From positions 1-18,236 of the forward strand of contig CAWGIE010000044.1 in assembly GCA_963822585.1 (NCBI GenBank): a stretch of DNA of 18,236 bases, read 5' to 3'. The position numbers and the translations under genes were made by a program. Origin of the DNA: an uncultured bacterium. GTDB lineage: Bacteria; Auribacterota; Erginobacteria; Erginobacterales; Erginobacteraceae. The notes below the pieces were generated by a model. The model searched no databases, was not told the origin of the DNA, and saw nothing but the letters and a program-made list of their open reading frames with translations. This document shows positions 1 through 7,957 of this stretch, one piece after another (the stretch's first letter is position 1; every line of letters begins with the position of its first letter).

Positions 1-427
1 AGACACCGACCCGGTTGAAGTTGTTTATGGCCAGACCACTGATCCGGCTGTTGCCGCTGTTGGTGAAGAAATAAAGGCCGCCGACGTCCTCCCCGGCGGA
101 GGAACCGTCCAGCTCGATCATGATCGTGGCCGGGGTGTCGGCGGTGGCCCGGCTCGCCCCCGGCTGGGAGTATCCGTCGACGGTTATCCGGCCGGTAAAG
201 GCGGGCAGAAAAGAAGTGGGGCGGATGGTATGCGGCCCCGGGCCGGGTATATGGAAGGTGATGGTATCGTCTCCGGCATGAGAGTTGGCATCCTTGATGG
301 CCTGCCGGAAACTCCCCGCTCCCGAGTTATTAGTGTTGGTGACAACATAGATGTCAGCCGACGCGGAAGCGGCCGCCAGCAAAACTCCCAGGGCGGCCGG
401 TACGAACAAACAGCTTCTTGCTTTCAT
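1..427 (-). CDS. Secreted parallel beta-helix/CSLREA-like surface protein, N-terminal part (3' end runs off the window)
   Basis: Manual translation from ATG at 427: MKARSCLFVPAALGVLLAAASASA|DIYVVTNTNNSGAGSFRQAIKDANSHAGDDTITFHIPGPGPHTI...ITVDGYSQPGA...IELDGS...SRISGLAINNF. Open for 142 codons to the edge, with a signal peptide ending ASA and the VTNTxxSGxGSxRQAI motif. Confidence 0.85.
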   Translation of the reverse strand, partial: MKARSCLFVPAALGVLLAAASASADIYVVTNTNNSGAGSFRQAIKDANSHAGDDTITFHIPGPGPHTIRPTSFLPAFTGRITVDGYSQPGASRATADTPATIMIELDGSSAGEDVGGLYFFTNSGNSRISGLAINNFNRVGV

Positions 428-853
428 GATTCTTTTCCCCGATGTTGTCTTTTTTCATGATAACCATCTTACACCCCAGACCGCTTCTTTCGCTAATGAA
501 ATATAGCGAAGCATATGGATTCGTTAAGGTAATACACTGCATATTGAGGGTAACCGTCCTCGATGAGAACAGCGGTGGCTTTCCAGCTCTACTTAGACTT
601 AAAAATTCCCGTCGTCGTTCGTTCTGAGGCGGGGATTTTTACAAGAAGACCCCAAAAAAGGACTCCGTCTTATCGGGAATTTTCCTACCCGGGAGTTTGA
701 ATGATTTGGATGATGCCGACCCCAGGACAAATAAAGTGAGCTTTAGAGGATCCGGGCCCGGCGGCCACGCTGAAACAATGTCTTTTGGACGATTCCTCCT
801 TTTTTGCGGATTTGACTTGCCAGGACGGCTGGAGCGGAATTAATCTTTTCAGC

Positions 854-2314
854 ATGAATGATGGAGGGAAAAGCTCCCCCGTCTCCCCGGCCGGCAAGGG
901 CTCTTTTCGGGAGCGCGGCGGTTACTTCGCGACTAACCTGGGATGGTTCCTCTGCCTGGTTTTGCCGCCGGCCCTGTATTTCCTGACCGCTTCCGGCCAG
1001 TTCAGCTGGGAACAGCGGATCTTCATCGCTATCGTCTCCTGCGCGGTGGTCATGTGGATGTTCCGGCTGGTAGCGGAGTATATCGTCTCCATCTTTATCG
1101 TAATCGCCTGCCTCACCCTGAAGATTGTCCCCGCGCCGGTCATTTTAACAGGGTTTAGCTCCGAAGCTTTTTTCCTGGCCATGAGCGTCTTCGGCATCGG
1201 GGTGCTGCTCGCCAATTCCGGCCTTCTTTCCCGCCTGGCCCTGATGATTCTCGACTACTTTCCCCCGACACCGTTCTGGCAGAATCTGGCCCTTTCCCTG
1301 ATGGGCGTCTTCGTCACGCCGGTGATCCCCTCGGCCAACGGCCGGATGGCCCTGATCGGCCCCATGGTCGAGGAGATGGCGGAGGAGATGGGGTACCGCC
1401 CCTGCAGTCCCGGCAGCGCGCGGCTGGCGATGTCGGCCTATTCAAGCTTCGGGCTGATGTCGAATTTCTTTTTAAGCGGCAAGCCGGTGAATTTCATTCT
1501 TCTCGGCCTCCTCTCCAGCCAGTTTCAGGAACGCTTCACCTTTTTTTACTGGATGGTGGCGGCCGGTGCGGCGGGGATGGTCTGTTTCGCGAGCCGTTTT
1601 GTCCTGGCCGCCGCGCTCTATCGGGAGAGCGGGCGGGGGAGAATCCCCCGGAGTCAGATCAAAGACAAGCTTCAAGCGCGGGGGAGACTCGCTTTCATCG
1701 AATGGATCGCGCTGGCTTCCTCGGTGCTCTTCTTGCTCGGGGTCTCCACCTTTTCCATCCATAAGATCCCCACCGCCTGGATGGCGCTGCTGGTCCTCTT
1801 CCTGGTGCTCTTCTCGGGGGAGTTGAGCAAGGAGGACTTCCGGAAGAAGATCGACTGGACGTTCCTCCTCTTCCTGGCCGGATTGATCGGTTTCACCCGC
1901 GCCTTCTCCTATCTCCAGCTCGACACCTGGGCCGGAGAGCTGCTCGGGTGGGGGCACGGCCTGATGGCCGACAATTTTTTTCTTTACGTTCTGATCCTGG
2001 CGTCGGAAATCCTTCTCATCCGCTTCATCCTTCCCGCCAACGCCGCCGCCGCCCTTTTCTGCGTGATCCTGCTTCCGCTGGCGGAGCTGAACGGGATCAA
2101 TCCCTGGGTGGTTGGTTTCTGCGTGCTGGTGATCTGCAGCGGTTGTTTTTTTCCCTACCAGTCGACTTTTTATCTCACCTTCTACCATGTCACCGGAGGG
2201 CGGCTCTTCACGCATCGGCAGGCGGCGCCTTTCAACGTCCTGGTCAATCTCATCAACATTATCGCCCTGCTGGCCAGTATCTTTTTCTGGAAGATGCTGG
2301 GGCTTTTACGATAA
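854..2314 (+). CDS. DASS/SLC13-family anion (di/tricarboxylate or sulfate) transporter
   Basis: Highly hydrophobic protein with many TM segments and motifs LTGFSSEAFFL, VIPSANGR and IDWTFLLF. ATG at 854 preferred over TTG at 785; the start is uncertain. Confidence 0.8.
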   Translation: MNDGGKSSPVSPAGKGSFRERGGYFATNLGWFLCLVLPPALYFLTASGQFSWEQRIFIAIVSCAVVMWMFRLVAEYIVSIFIVIACLTLKIVPAPVILTGFSSEAFFLAMSVFGIGVLLANSGLLSRLALMILDYFPPTPFWQNLALSLMGVFVTPVIPSANGRMALIGPMVEEMAEEMGYRPCSPGSARLAMSAYSSFGLMSNFFLSGKPVNFILLGLLSSQFQERFTFFYWMVAAGAAGMVCFASRFVLAAALYRESGRGRIPRSQIKDKLQARGRLAFIEWIALASSVLFLLGVSTFSIHKIPTAWMALLVLFLVLFSGELSKEDFRKKIDWTFLLFLAGLIGFTRAFSYLQLDTWAGELLGWGHGLMADNFFLYVLILASEILLIRFILPANAAAALFCVILLPLAELNGINPWVVGFCVLVICSGCFFPYQSTFYLTFYHVTGGRLFTHRQAAPFNVLVNLINIIALLASIFFWKMLGLLR

Positions 2315-2355
2315 TCCGATTTATGCCTGCCGGCCGGCAGACATAAATCGGATTA
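2312..2355. repeat. Nested palindrome (TAATCCGATTTAT shell with a GC-rich CTGCCGGCCGGCAG core)
   Basis: TAATCCGATTTATG-C-CTGCCGG|CCGGCAG-A-CATAAATCGGATTA. Begins at the transporter stop codon; the same shell occurs at 18210-18236. Confidence 0.9.
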
Positions 2356-2378
2356 ATTTTGAAAAACGACGGAGTTAA

Positions 2379-3392
2379 ATGAACAGAAAGAAGAAAAGCG
2401 TTCTCCCCTTCGTTTTCATCATCGTCTTTCTGGTGCTGGTAGCCTATATCACCTCGCACCGCAAACGAGTACTGGTCGTACTCAGCTATCACCCCGAATT
2501 CTCCTGGGAAAAGGAGATCGCGGACGAGATTGAAAAGAAACTCTCCAGTTCGACCATCGACGTCCGGCTCCATTACATGGACACTAAACGCCACCCCGAT
2601 CCCGAGTTCAAGGCGGCGGCGGGGGAAGAAGCCAGAAAGATCATCGACTCCTGGGACCCCGATGTTATCATCACCGTCGATGACAACGCCCAGGAATACG
2701 TCGGACGTTATTACGCGGGTCGAAAAAGACCGGACATCGTTTTCTGCGGTGTAAACGCCAAACCGGAGCAATACGGTTACACCGGATGCGGGAACGCCAC
2801 CGGGATCCTGGAGCGCGTCTCCGCCGATACTCTGGTCGACGTGATCCAGTACTGTTTCCCCCAGGCGAAAAGATTCCTGCACATTTCCGACGACTCCTTC
2901 ACCTCCCATTTTCTCAGGGATGAATTCGAGGAGAAAGACTGGTCCCCGCTGACCTGCGCCGGTGAAGTGATGGTCGATAATTTCGACGACTGGAAAAAAG
3001 AAATCCTCAAGTCCGCCGGCGAGGCGGACCTGATCGTCTATACCCACTACCACACGATCCGGCGCCATCCCGGCTCCGCTGAGATCGTCCCTTCCCGGGA
3101 AGTCATGAAATGGACCATCGCCAACAGCCCTCTTCCCGAGATCGGCACTTTTGGCTTCCTGGCCAGGGACGGCGGGATGATGGCCGTGGCGGTATCCTCC
3201 CGGGAACAGGCCGACATCGCTTCCGATTACGCGAAAAAACTGTTAAACGGGGCGGATATCGCCACCCTCCCGGTTGTTTCCACCTCGGTCTATTCGTTCT
3301 ATATCAACAAATCCCGGCTGCAGCAGGCCGGGGTCCATCTCCATCAGATTTACACTCTCCTGGCCGAAACCGCCGGAAACGTCATTGAATGA
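2379..3392 (+). CDS. ABC transporter substrate-binding protein (ABC_sub_bind-like) with N-terminal membrane anchor
   Basis: GGAG SD upstream, N-terminal basic+hydrophobic anchor, motifs VLVVLSYHPEFSW, YMDTKR, PDVIITVDDNA, IVFCGVN, TGILER. Confidence 0.8.
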   Translation: MNRKKKSVLPFVFIIVFLVLVAYITSHRKRVLVVLSYHPEFSWEKEIADEIEKKLSSSTIDVRLHYMDTKRHPDPEFKAAAGEEARKIIDSWDPDVIITVDDNAQEYVGRYYAGRKRPDIVFCGVNAKPEQYGYTGCGNATGILERVSADTLVDVIQYCFPQAKRFLHISDDSFTSHFLRDEFEEKDWSPLTCAGEVMVDNFDDWKKEILKSAGEADLIVYTHYHTIRRHPGSAEIVPSREVMKWTIANSPLPEIGTFGFLARDGGMMAVAVSSREQADIASDYAKKLLNGADIATLPVVSTSVYSFYINKSRLQQAGVHLHQIYTLLAETAGNVIE

Positions 3393-3417
3393 TCACCCGG
3401 AATGAACGTAGGCACGT

Positions 3418-3969
3418 TCACGGACTGTTTCCGGATGATTGAGTTTCCGGCCACTCCTCTTTTCTGGTTTCGCAATACTCTTTCTGGAAACATTCGGGAC
3501 ACCATCCCCCGCACCCGGTGAAATGAACGGCCGATCCTTCAGGAATATCGCGGTGAACCGATTCCGGCAACATCTCTTCCACTATATATGCATACGTCAG
3601 GTCCGGGGGAAGCGCCGGCGATAATTCCAGCAAAATCCCGTGATCCATCAGAATGCTTTTTATCGACTCTATTTTGTGTTCCAGTTCCATCTCACCCATC
3701 TTTTCAAGCGGAGGGAAAACGAAATCCGGCGGAAAAAGAGAGCGGATTGTTCTCCGCGGCCCGATATCCTCGATAAAGAGAAGATGCCGGAGAAACCGGT
3801 TCAGACTCGGGGGGGGCATGTCTTTGGCGAAATACGAGCAAAATGCGGATAACCCCAGTTTGTCTTCAAGGAGTCGATTCTCCATCTCCAGCAAAACTTC
3901 TTCGTCTTTTTCGGAATCGGGATCAATACCGGCGGCTTCATCATAACTTCTCTCGATCGCGTTCTTCAT
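3418..3969 (-). CDS. Hypothetical acidic protein with C-terminal Cys cluster (CxxxCPxCx5C)
   Basis: 183-aa ORF with ATG start, AAGGGG SD-like site and tail FTGCGGWCPECFQKEYCE. Confidence 0.75.
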   Translation of the reverse strand: MKNAIERSYDEAAGIDPDSEKDEEVLLEMENRLLEDKLGLSAFCSYFAKDMPPPSLNRFLRHLLFIEDIGPRRTIRSLFPPDFVFPPLEKMGEMELEHKIESIKSILMDHGILLELSPALPPDLTYAYIVEEMLPESVHRDIPEGSAVHFTGCGGWCPECFQKEYCETRKEEWPETQSSGNSP

Positions 3970-4112
3970 AAATCCAACCCCTTTTTTAAATAGTTATCGT
4001 CTTCAACGGGTTAGTCGGAACAGAGCATGATTTTATTCCAATTTTTTTATCTTTTTTCGGGACACGCACGGGAGAGGGGAATGGGGTGTAGGCTAAGCGA
4101 TTGTTAGCCGAC

Positions 4113-4219
4113 GAACTGATTCACCTGCCGCGTGAAGCGGCAGGGGTCTTTTTTGGGGGGTGCTCGGGAGGAGCGGGTGAACTGATCCACCTGCCGCACA
4201 AGGTGGCAGCGGTCTTTTT
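4113..4219 (+). repeat. Two 41-bp direct repeats (period 66), each a hairpin followed by a T-tract
   Basis: GAACTGATTCACCTGCCGCGTGAAGCGGCAGGGGTCTTTTT (4113-4153) and GAACTGATCCACCTGCCGCACAAGGTGGCAGCGGTCTTTTT (4179-4219). Confidence 0.85.
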
Positions 4220-4232
4220 ATTCTAAAACGTC

Positions 4233-4265
4233 AAAAGCCGGAAGAGATACTCCCTTCCGGCTTTT
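4233..4265. terminator. Probable bidirectional intrinsic terminator downstream of the tRNA pair
   Basis: AAAAGCCGGAAG-AGATACTCC-CTTCCGGCTTTT, about 55 nt past the tRNA-Glu 3' end. Confidence 0.7.
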
Positions 4266-4318
4266 AACGATTCCGCTGGATGATAATTGTACAACCCGTT
4301 GTCCAGATAGAACAATAA

Positions 4319-4391
4319 CGACCCCGACGGGAGTCGAACCCGTGTTGCAGGCTTGAAAGGCCTGAGTCCTAGGCCGCTGGACGACGGGGTC
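4319..4391 (-). tRNA. tRNA-Glu(TTC), CCA not encoded
   Basis: GACCCCG acceptor strand pairing with CGGGGTC, anticodon arm CAGGC-CT-TTC-AA-GCCTG, T arm GGTTCGACTCC. Confidence 0.97.
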
Positions 4392-4443
4392 AAAATTTTC
4401 CTCCGGAAAATTTTGTTATCATTTTTTCCGCAGGAAAAAATGA
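4391..4443. repeat. Two A/T-tract palindromes in the tRNA spacer
   Basis: CAAAATTTTCC-TCC-GGAAAATTTTG (4391-4415) and TCATTTTTTCC-GCA-GGAAAAAATGA (4419-4443), both perfect 11-bp stems. Confidence 0.9.
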
Positions 4444-4514
4444 GGGCGGAAGGATTCGAACCTTCGACCGACGGCTTAAAAGGCCGTTGCTCTGCCAGAC
4501 TGAGCTACGCCCCC
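4441..4514 (-). tRNA. tRNA-Lys(TTT), CCA not encoded
   Basis: GGGGGCG acceptor strand pairing with CGCCCTC, anticodon arm ACGGC-CT-TTT-AA-GCCGT, T arm GGTTCGAATCC. Confidence 0.97.
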
Positions 4515-4700
4515 GATTAAAGCTTACAAACTTACGGAGCGTCAGCGCGCGTAAGTTTGATAAGATTCAATCGCCCCGATTATGAGCGAAGCTCATTTTT
4601 CGGGGCTTTGTCACTGTAACTCACAATCAAAGGAAGTACACTCGCCCCAAAGAGGCAAAGCCTATTTTCGGGGACAAATATATACTTCACAAAGCGTGGC

Positions 4701-4730
4701 ACGTTACCAGAGAACGAAAGGATAAATCAA
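4701..4730 (-). promoter_or_regulatory. Candidate sigma70 promoter for the tRNA-Lys/Glu operon
   Basis: Minus strand TTGATT-18nt-TAACGT with TGn extended -10 and a GC-rich discriminator (GCCACGC). Confidence 0.45.
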
Positions 4731-4845
4731 GTTATTATTGCCGGCGCGGTAATCGACGGCTTCGGGAACGGAGTGATTCCGGGCTGAACATCCCGGGAAA
4801 GTATGATATATTTATACGAATAAAAATTAAAATGCAAAGCACGTC

Positions 4846-7800
4846 TTGAAACATCTATTCCCATTTTTAGTGGCCGCCGCGGCGCTCTTCCCTCCCCTTT
4901 CCGGGTTTCCCGAGACCGGTCCCGATGAACTGGAATTTACATTTACGTTTCCCCCCCCGGTGATCGTTCCGGCGGATAAATACGTTCGGATCTCCCTTAA
5001 AGGCTGCGAATCGTGGCAGGTGACCGGCCGGCCGATCGTGCCCTTCAAAGGGACGGCCGTCCTCATCCCGGAGGGGAAAGAAGTCGCCGGGATCGCCTAT
5101 GAAACCACCGGCGAGATTGTGCTGCCCGGAAGGTACTACCTGGAACCGGCCGGCGCCCCCTACCCCCTGAGCAGGCCCGATCTGAAGAGAGAAGCCCTCC
5201 CCGACCCGGAGATTTATGCTTCTTCGCTGCCCTACCCGGAACGGATCGTCTCGGAGGAAAACAGTCAGCGCAAGAGCGGTTACCGCCTACTCTTCTTCAA
5301 CCTCTACCCGGTCAGCTATCTGCCCCGGGAGGGGAGGATCTCCTATTACCCCAATATCCGGGTAACCGTTACTCTCCAGAATGCCCCCCGCAAGAGCGGG
5401 TTCAGTATTCCCGCGGTCCGCGGGCTGGCGGCGGACCGGGAAGCGGTCGCGAGACTGGTCCTCAATCCCGAGAGCATCCGGACCTACCGGCCGGTGCCGC
5501 AAAAATCGGGTGTCAATCCCGCCGATTCCTATTCCCATGTCATCATCACCGGAAGCGCGCTGGCGGCATACTTTGAGCCCCTCCGGGATCATCGGATCAG
5601 CCGGGGGCTTTCCAGCGCCATCGTGACGGTCGAGGATATCGTCTCCAACCCCGACTATCGCTGGGACGGCGCCTTCGGAGACGGTGTCGCCTGGGCAGAT
5701 GACACCGCCGCCCGGATCAGGAATTTTATCCGCGACGCCTACCAGAACCGGGGGACCGAATACGTCCTTTTGGGCGGCGACTATTCGGTCGTTCCCTTCC
5801 GCCTCTTCTGGGTGGTCGCTGAGGACCCGGACCCCGGGGGACCGTATATCGACGAGATGCCTTCCGACAATTATTTCGGCTGCCTGGACGGCAGCTACAA
5901 TGGCAACGGCAACTCCCGGTGGGGGGAAGAGACCGATGGCCCGGGGGGAGGAGACGTCGATCTCACCTTCGAGGTCCACGTGGGACGGGCCGGCGTCAAC
6001 AGCCCGGCACAGATCGCCAACCTGACCGCCAAGATCATCGCCTATGAAGAGAGCGTTTCCGAGACCCGGAAAAAGGTTCTGATGGCCGGAGAACACCTCG
6101 GCTTCGGCGGGGACTCCGAATACGCCAAGCCGTCGATGGAGGAGATCCGCCTGGGATCGAGCGCCCACGGGTACACCACGGAAGGATTTGTCGACAGTAC
6201 CTGGTTTGAGTCCAGCGATACTCTCTATGACATGGACGCAACCTGGTCCAAAACCGACCTGATCAATCGCTTCAACGGCGGGATCGCCGTGACCAATCAC
6301 CTCGGGCACGCCAGCAGCACCTACTGCATGAAACTGCATATCAGCGACTTCACCTCCCTCACCAACAGCGAATACTTCTTCGGCTACACCCAGGGCTGCA
6401 GCAGCGGGCGGTTCGACACCGGAGGCTGCTGGTGCGAGGAGATCACGCGGAACGAACACGGGGCCTTCGCTTTTATCGGGAACACCCGCTATGGGTTCGG
6501 CCTCTCCAACAGCACCGACGGACCTTCCCAGAAGTTCAACCGGCCGTTCTGGCACGGACAGATCGCGGAGGGGATCCGGGAACTGGGCGCGCTGAATACC
6601 TACTCGAAAGAGTACAACATCCCCCGCATCAACGAGCCGGTCTCCCGCTGGGTTTATTACGAGTTGACCCTTTTCGGCGACCCGGCCACCCGACTCCACG
6701 ATGGGTCCGTCTCTCCCTCCCCCACCCCGGCCGCGAGCGCCACGCCCACGCCGACCTCCTCTCCGACCGCGGCCGTGACTGCTTCTCCGACCATGACGTC
6801 GACGGCAACATCAACCGCAACGCCGACGGCAACAGCAACATCAACGGCAACGCCAACCGTAACACCGACCGCACCGCCGACCGCGCCGCCGACGGTGCCC
6901 CCGACGACCACCCCGACAGCGAAGCCATCGTCCACACCGACGTCAAGCCCGTCTCCGACGGTGCCGCCCAGTCCGACACCTTCTCCCTCGCCGACGGTGA
7001 CCACGGAAGTAACCCCTTCTCCCTCTCCATCCCCGACATCAATACCCGCCTCAACACCATCTGCCACCGGAACCGGCACGCCGACTCCAACCCCGATACC
7101 GTTTGACGCGGCCAGTTATACATGCGCCGACGGCGACTATAACGGCGACGGCACCGACGATATCGCTATTTACCGACCGCAGAGCGGCCTCTGGGCGATC
7201 CGGGGCCTGAGCCGGGCCTACTTCGGCGGTGTCGATGACATCCCCGTACCCGGCGACTATCGCGGTGACGGAACCGCGGCCCTCGCCGTCTTCCGCCCCG
7301 GTCCCGGGATCTGGCTGGTCCGTAATCTTACCGCCGTCCGGTTCGGGAGAATGGACGATCTTCCCGTTCCCGGCGATTACGACGGTGACGGCACTTGCGA
7401 TCGGGGGATATTCCGGGATGAGTACGGTTTATGGGCTGTCGAGAGCCTGACCCGCGTCTACTTCGGTATCGGGGGAGACCTTCCCATCCCTGGAGATTAT
7501 TCCGGTGAGGGGACGACCGGGATCGGTATCTTCCGGCCTGATAAAGGGCTCTGGGCACTTCGCGGGATCAGTCGGATTTATTTCGGGGCGCGGGGGGATA
7601 CGCCCCTGGCGGTCGATTACGACGGGGACAGACGGCGGGAGATCGGGCTCTTCCGGCCCGCTTCCGGTCTCTGGGCGATTAAGGGGATAACCCGCGCTTA
7701 TTTTGGGAACAGTCAGGATCGTCCGATCCCGGCGGATTTCACCGGCGCCGGGTTTGATACTATCGGCATTTTCCGGGATAGTTCCGGATTATGGTCGATT

Positions 7801-7857
7801 CGCGGATGGAGCCGGGTTTATTTCGGAACAACCGGGGATATCCCGGTCACCCGGTAA
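4846..7857 (+). CDS. Secreted C25 (gingipain-family) cysteine peptidase: propeptide, catalytic domain, P/T/S linker and six FG-GAP-like repeats
   Basis: Signal peptide; C25 motifs IRNFIRDAY, YVLLGGD, PSDNYF, VHVGR, NHLGHA (His), QGCSSGRFD (Cys), LFGDPA; TTG start. Confidence 0.9.
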   Translation: MKHLFPFLVAAAALFPPLSGFPETGPDELEFTFTFPPPVIVPADKYVRISLKGCESWQVTGRPIVPFKGTAVLIPEGKEVAGIAYETTGEIVLPGRYYLEPAGAPYPLSRPDLKREALPDPEIYASSLPYPERIVSEENSQRKSGYRLLFFNLYPVSYLPREGRISYYPNIRVTVTLQNAPRKSGFSIPAVRGLAADREAVARLVLNPESIRTYRPVPQKSGVNPADSYSHVIITGSALAAYFEPLRDHRISRGLSSAIVTVEDIVSNPDYRWDGAFGDGVAWADDTAARIRNFIRDAYQNRGTEYVLLGGDYSVVPFRLFWVVAEDPDPGGPYIDEMPSDNYFGCLDGSYNGNGNSRWGEETDGPGGGDVDLTFEVHVGRAGVNSPAQIANLTAKIIAYEESVSETRKKVLMAGEHLGFGGDSEYAKPSMEEIRLGSSAHGYTTEGFVDSTWFESSDTLYDMDATWSKTDLINRFNGGIAVTNHLGHASSTYCMKLHISDFTSLTNSEYFFGYTQGCSSGRFDTGGCWCEEITRNEHGAFAFIGNTRYGFGLSNSTDGPSQKFNRPFWHGQIAEGIRELGALNTYSKEYNIPRINEPVSRWVYYELTLFGDPATRLHDGSVSPSPTPAASATPTPTSSPTAAVTASPTMTSTATSTATPTATATSTATPTVTPTAPPTAPPTVPPTTTPTAKPSSTPTSSPSPTVPPSPTPSPSPTVTTEVTPSPSPSPTSIPASTPSATGTGTPTPTPIPFDAASYTCADGDYNGDGTDDIAIYRPQSGLWAIRGLSRAYFGGVDDIPVPGDYRGDGTAALAVFRPGPGIWLVRNLTAVRFGRMDDLPVPGDYDGDGTCDRGIFRDEYGLWAVESLTRVYFGIGGDLPIPGDYSGEGTTGIGIFRPDKGLWALRGISRIYFGARGDTPLAVDYDGDRRREIGLFRPASGLWAIKGITRAYFGNSQDRPIPADFTGAGFDTIGIFRDSSGLWSIRGWSRVYFGTTGDIPVTR
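6706..7101 (+). repeat. Low-complexity Pro/Thr/Ser linker (about 132 codons)
   Basis: Runs of TPT, SPSPT and TATSTATPT, plus near-tandem DNA units such as GCAACATCAACnGCAACGCC. Confidence 0.9.
7132..7851 (+). repeat. Six in-register 40-aa FG-GAP/VCBS-like repeats
   Basis: GDYxGDGxxxIGIFRPxxGLWAIRGxxRxYFGxxxDxPxP repeated six times at exactly 120-nt period, ending one codon before the stop. Confidence 0.9.
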
Positions 7858-7919
7858 CCCGATTCTCCTCCAAACCCTTCCGTCATCCATCGCCGTCGAC
7901 CATCCTGATCATTCCATTG

Positions 7920-7957
7920 ATTAGGCACTTTGTTTCGATCGAAACAAAGTGCCTAAT
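7920..7957. repeat. Perfect 38-bp palindrome between convergent genes
   Basis: ATTAGGCACTTTGTTTCGA|TCGAAACAAAGTGCCTAAT. Confidence 0.9.

Noticed and set aside
230..897. Short ORFs 230-460, 354-542, 442-627 and 685-897
   Set aside because: They overlap the real minus-strand gene or the divergent promoter region and have no protein-like features.
4083..4125. HDV-like (theta) or hammerhead ribozyme near the tRNAs
   Set aside because: A hairpin followed by CGAA is suggestive, but no upstream P2 partner for CTGATTC was found and there is no CTGATGA/GAAA core.
4113..4219. Mini-CRISPR interpretation of the 41-bp repeats
   Set aside because: Only two divergent copies ending in T-tracts, and no cas genes in the window.
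4319..4514. tRNA-anchored genomic island or prophage
   Set aside because: No integrase and no duplicated tRNA 3' end are visible in the window.
5287..6699. 470-aa minus-strand ORF and other long antisense ORFs (1472-2215, 2259-3068, 11169-11906, 12461-13180, 14981-15847, 16792-17370, 17414-18028)
   Set aside because: Shadow frames of well-supported genes in GC-rich DNA, with no recognisable motifs.
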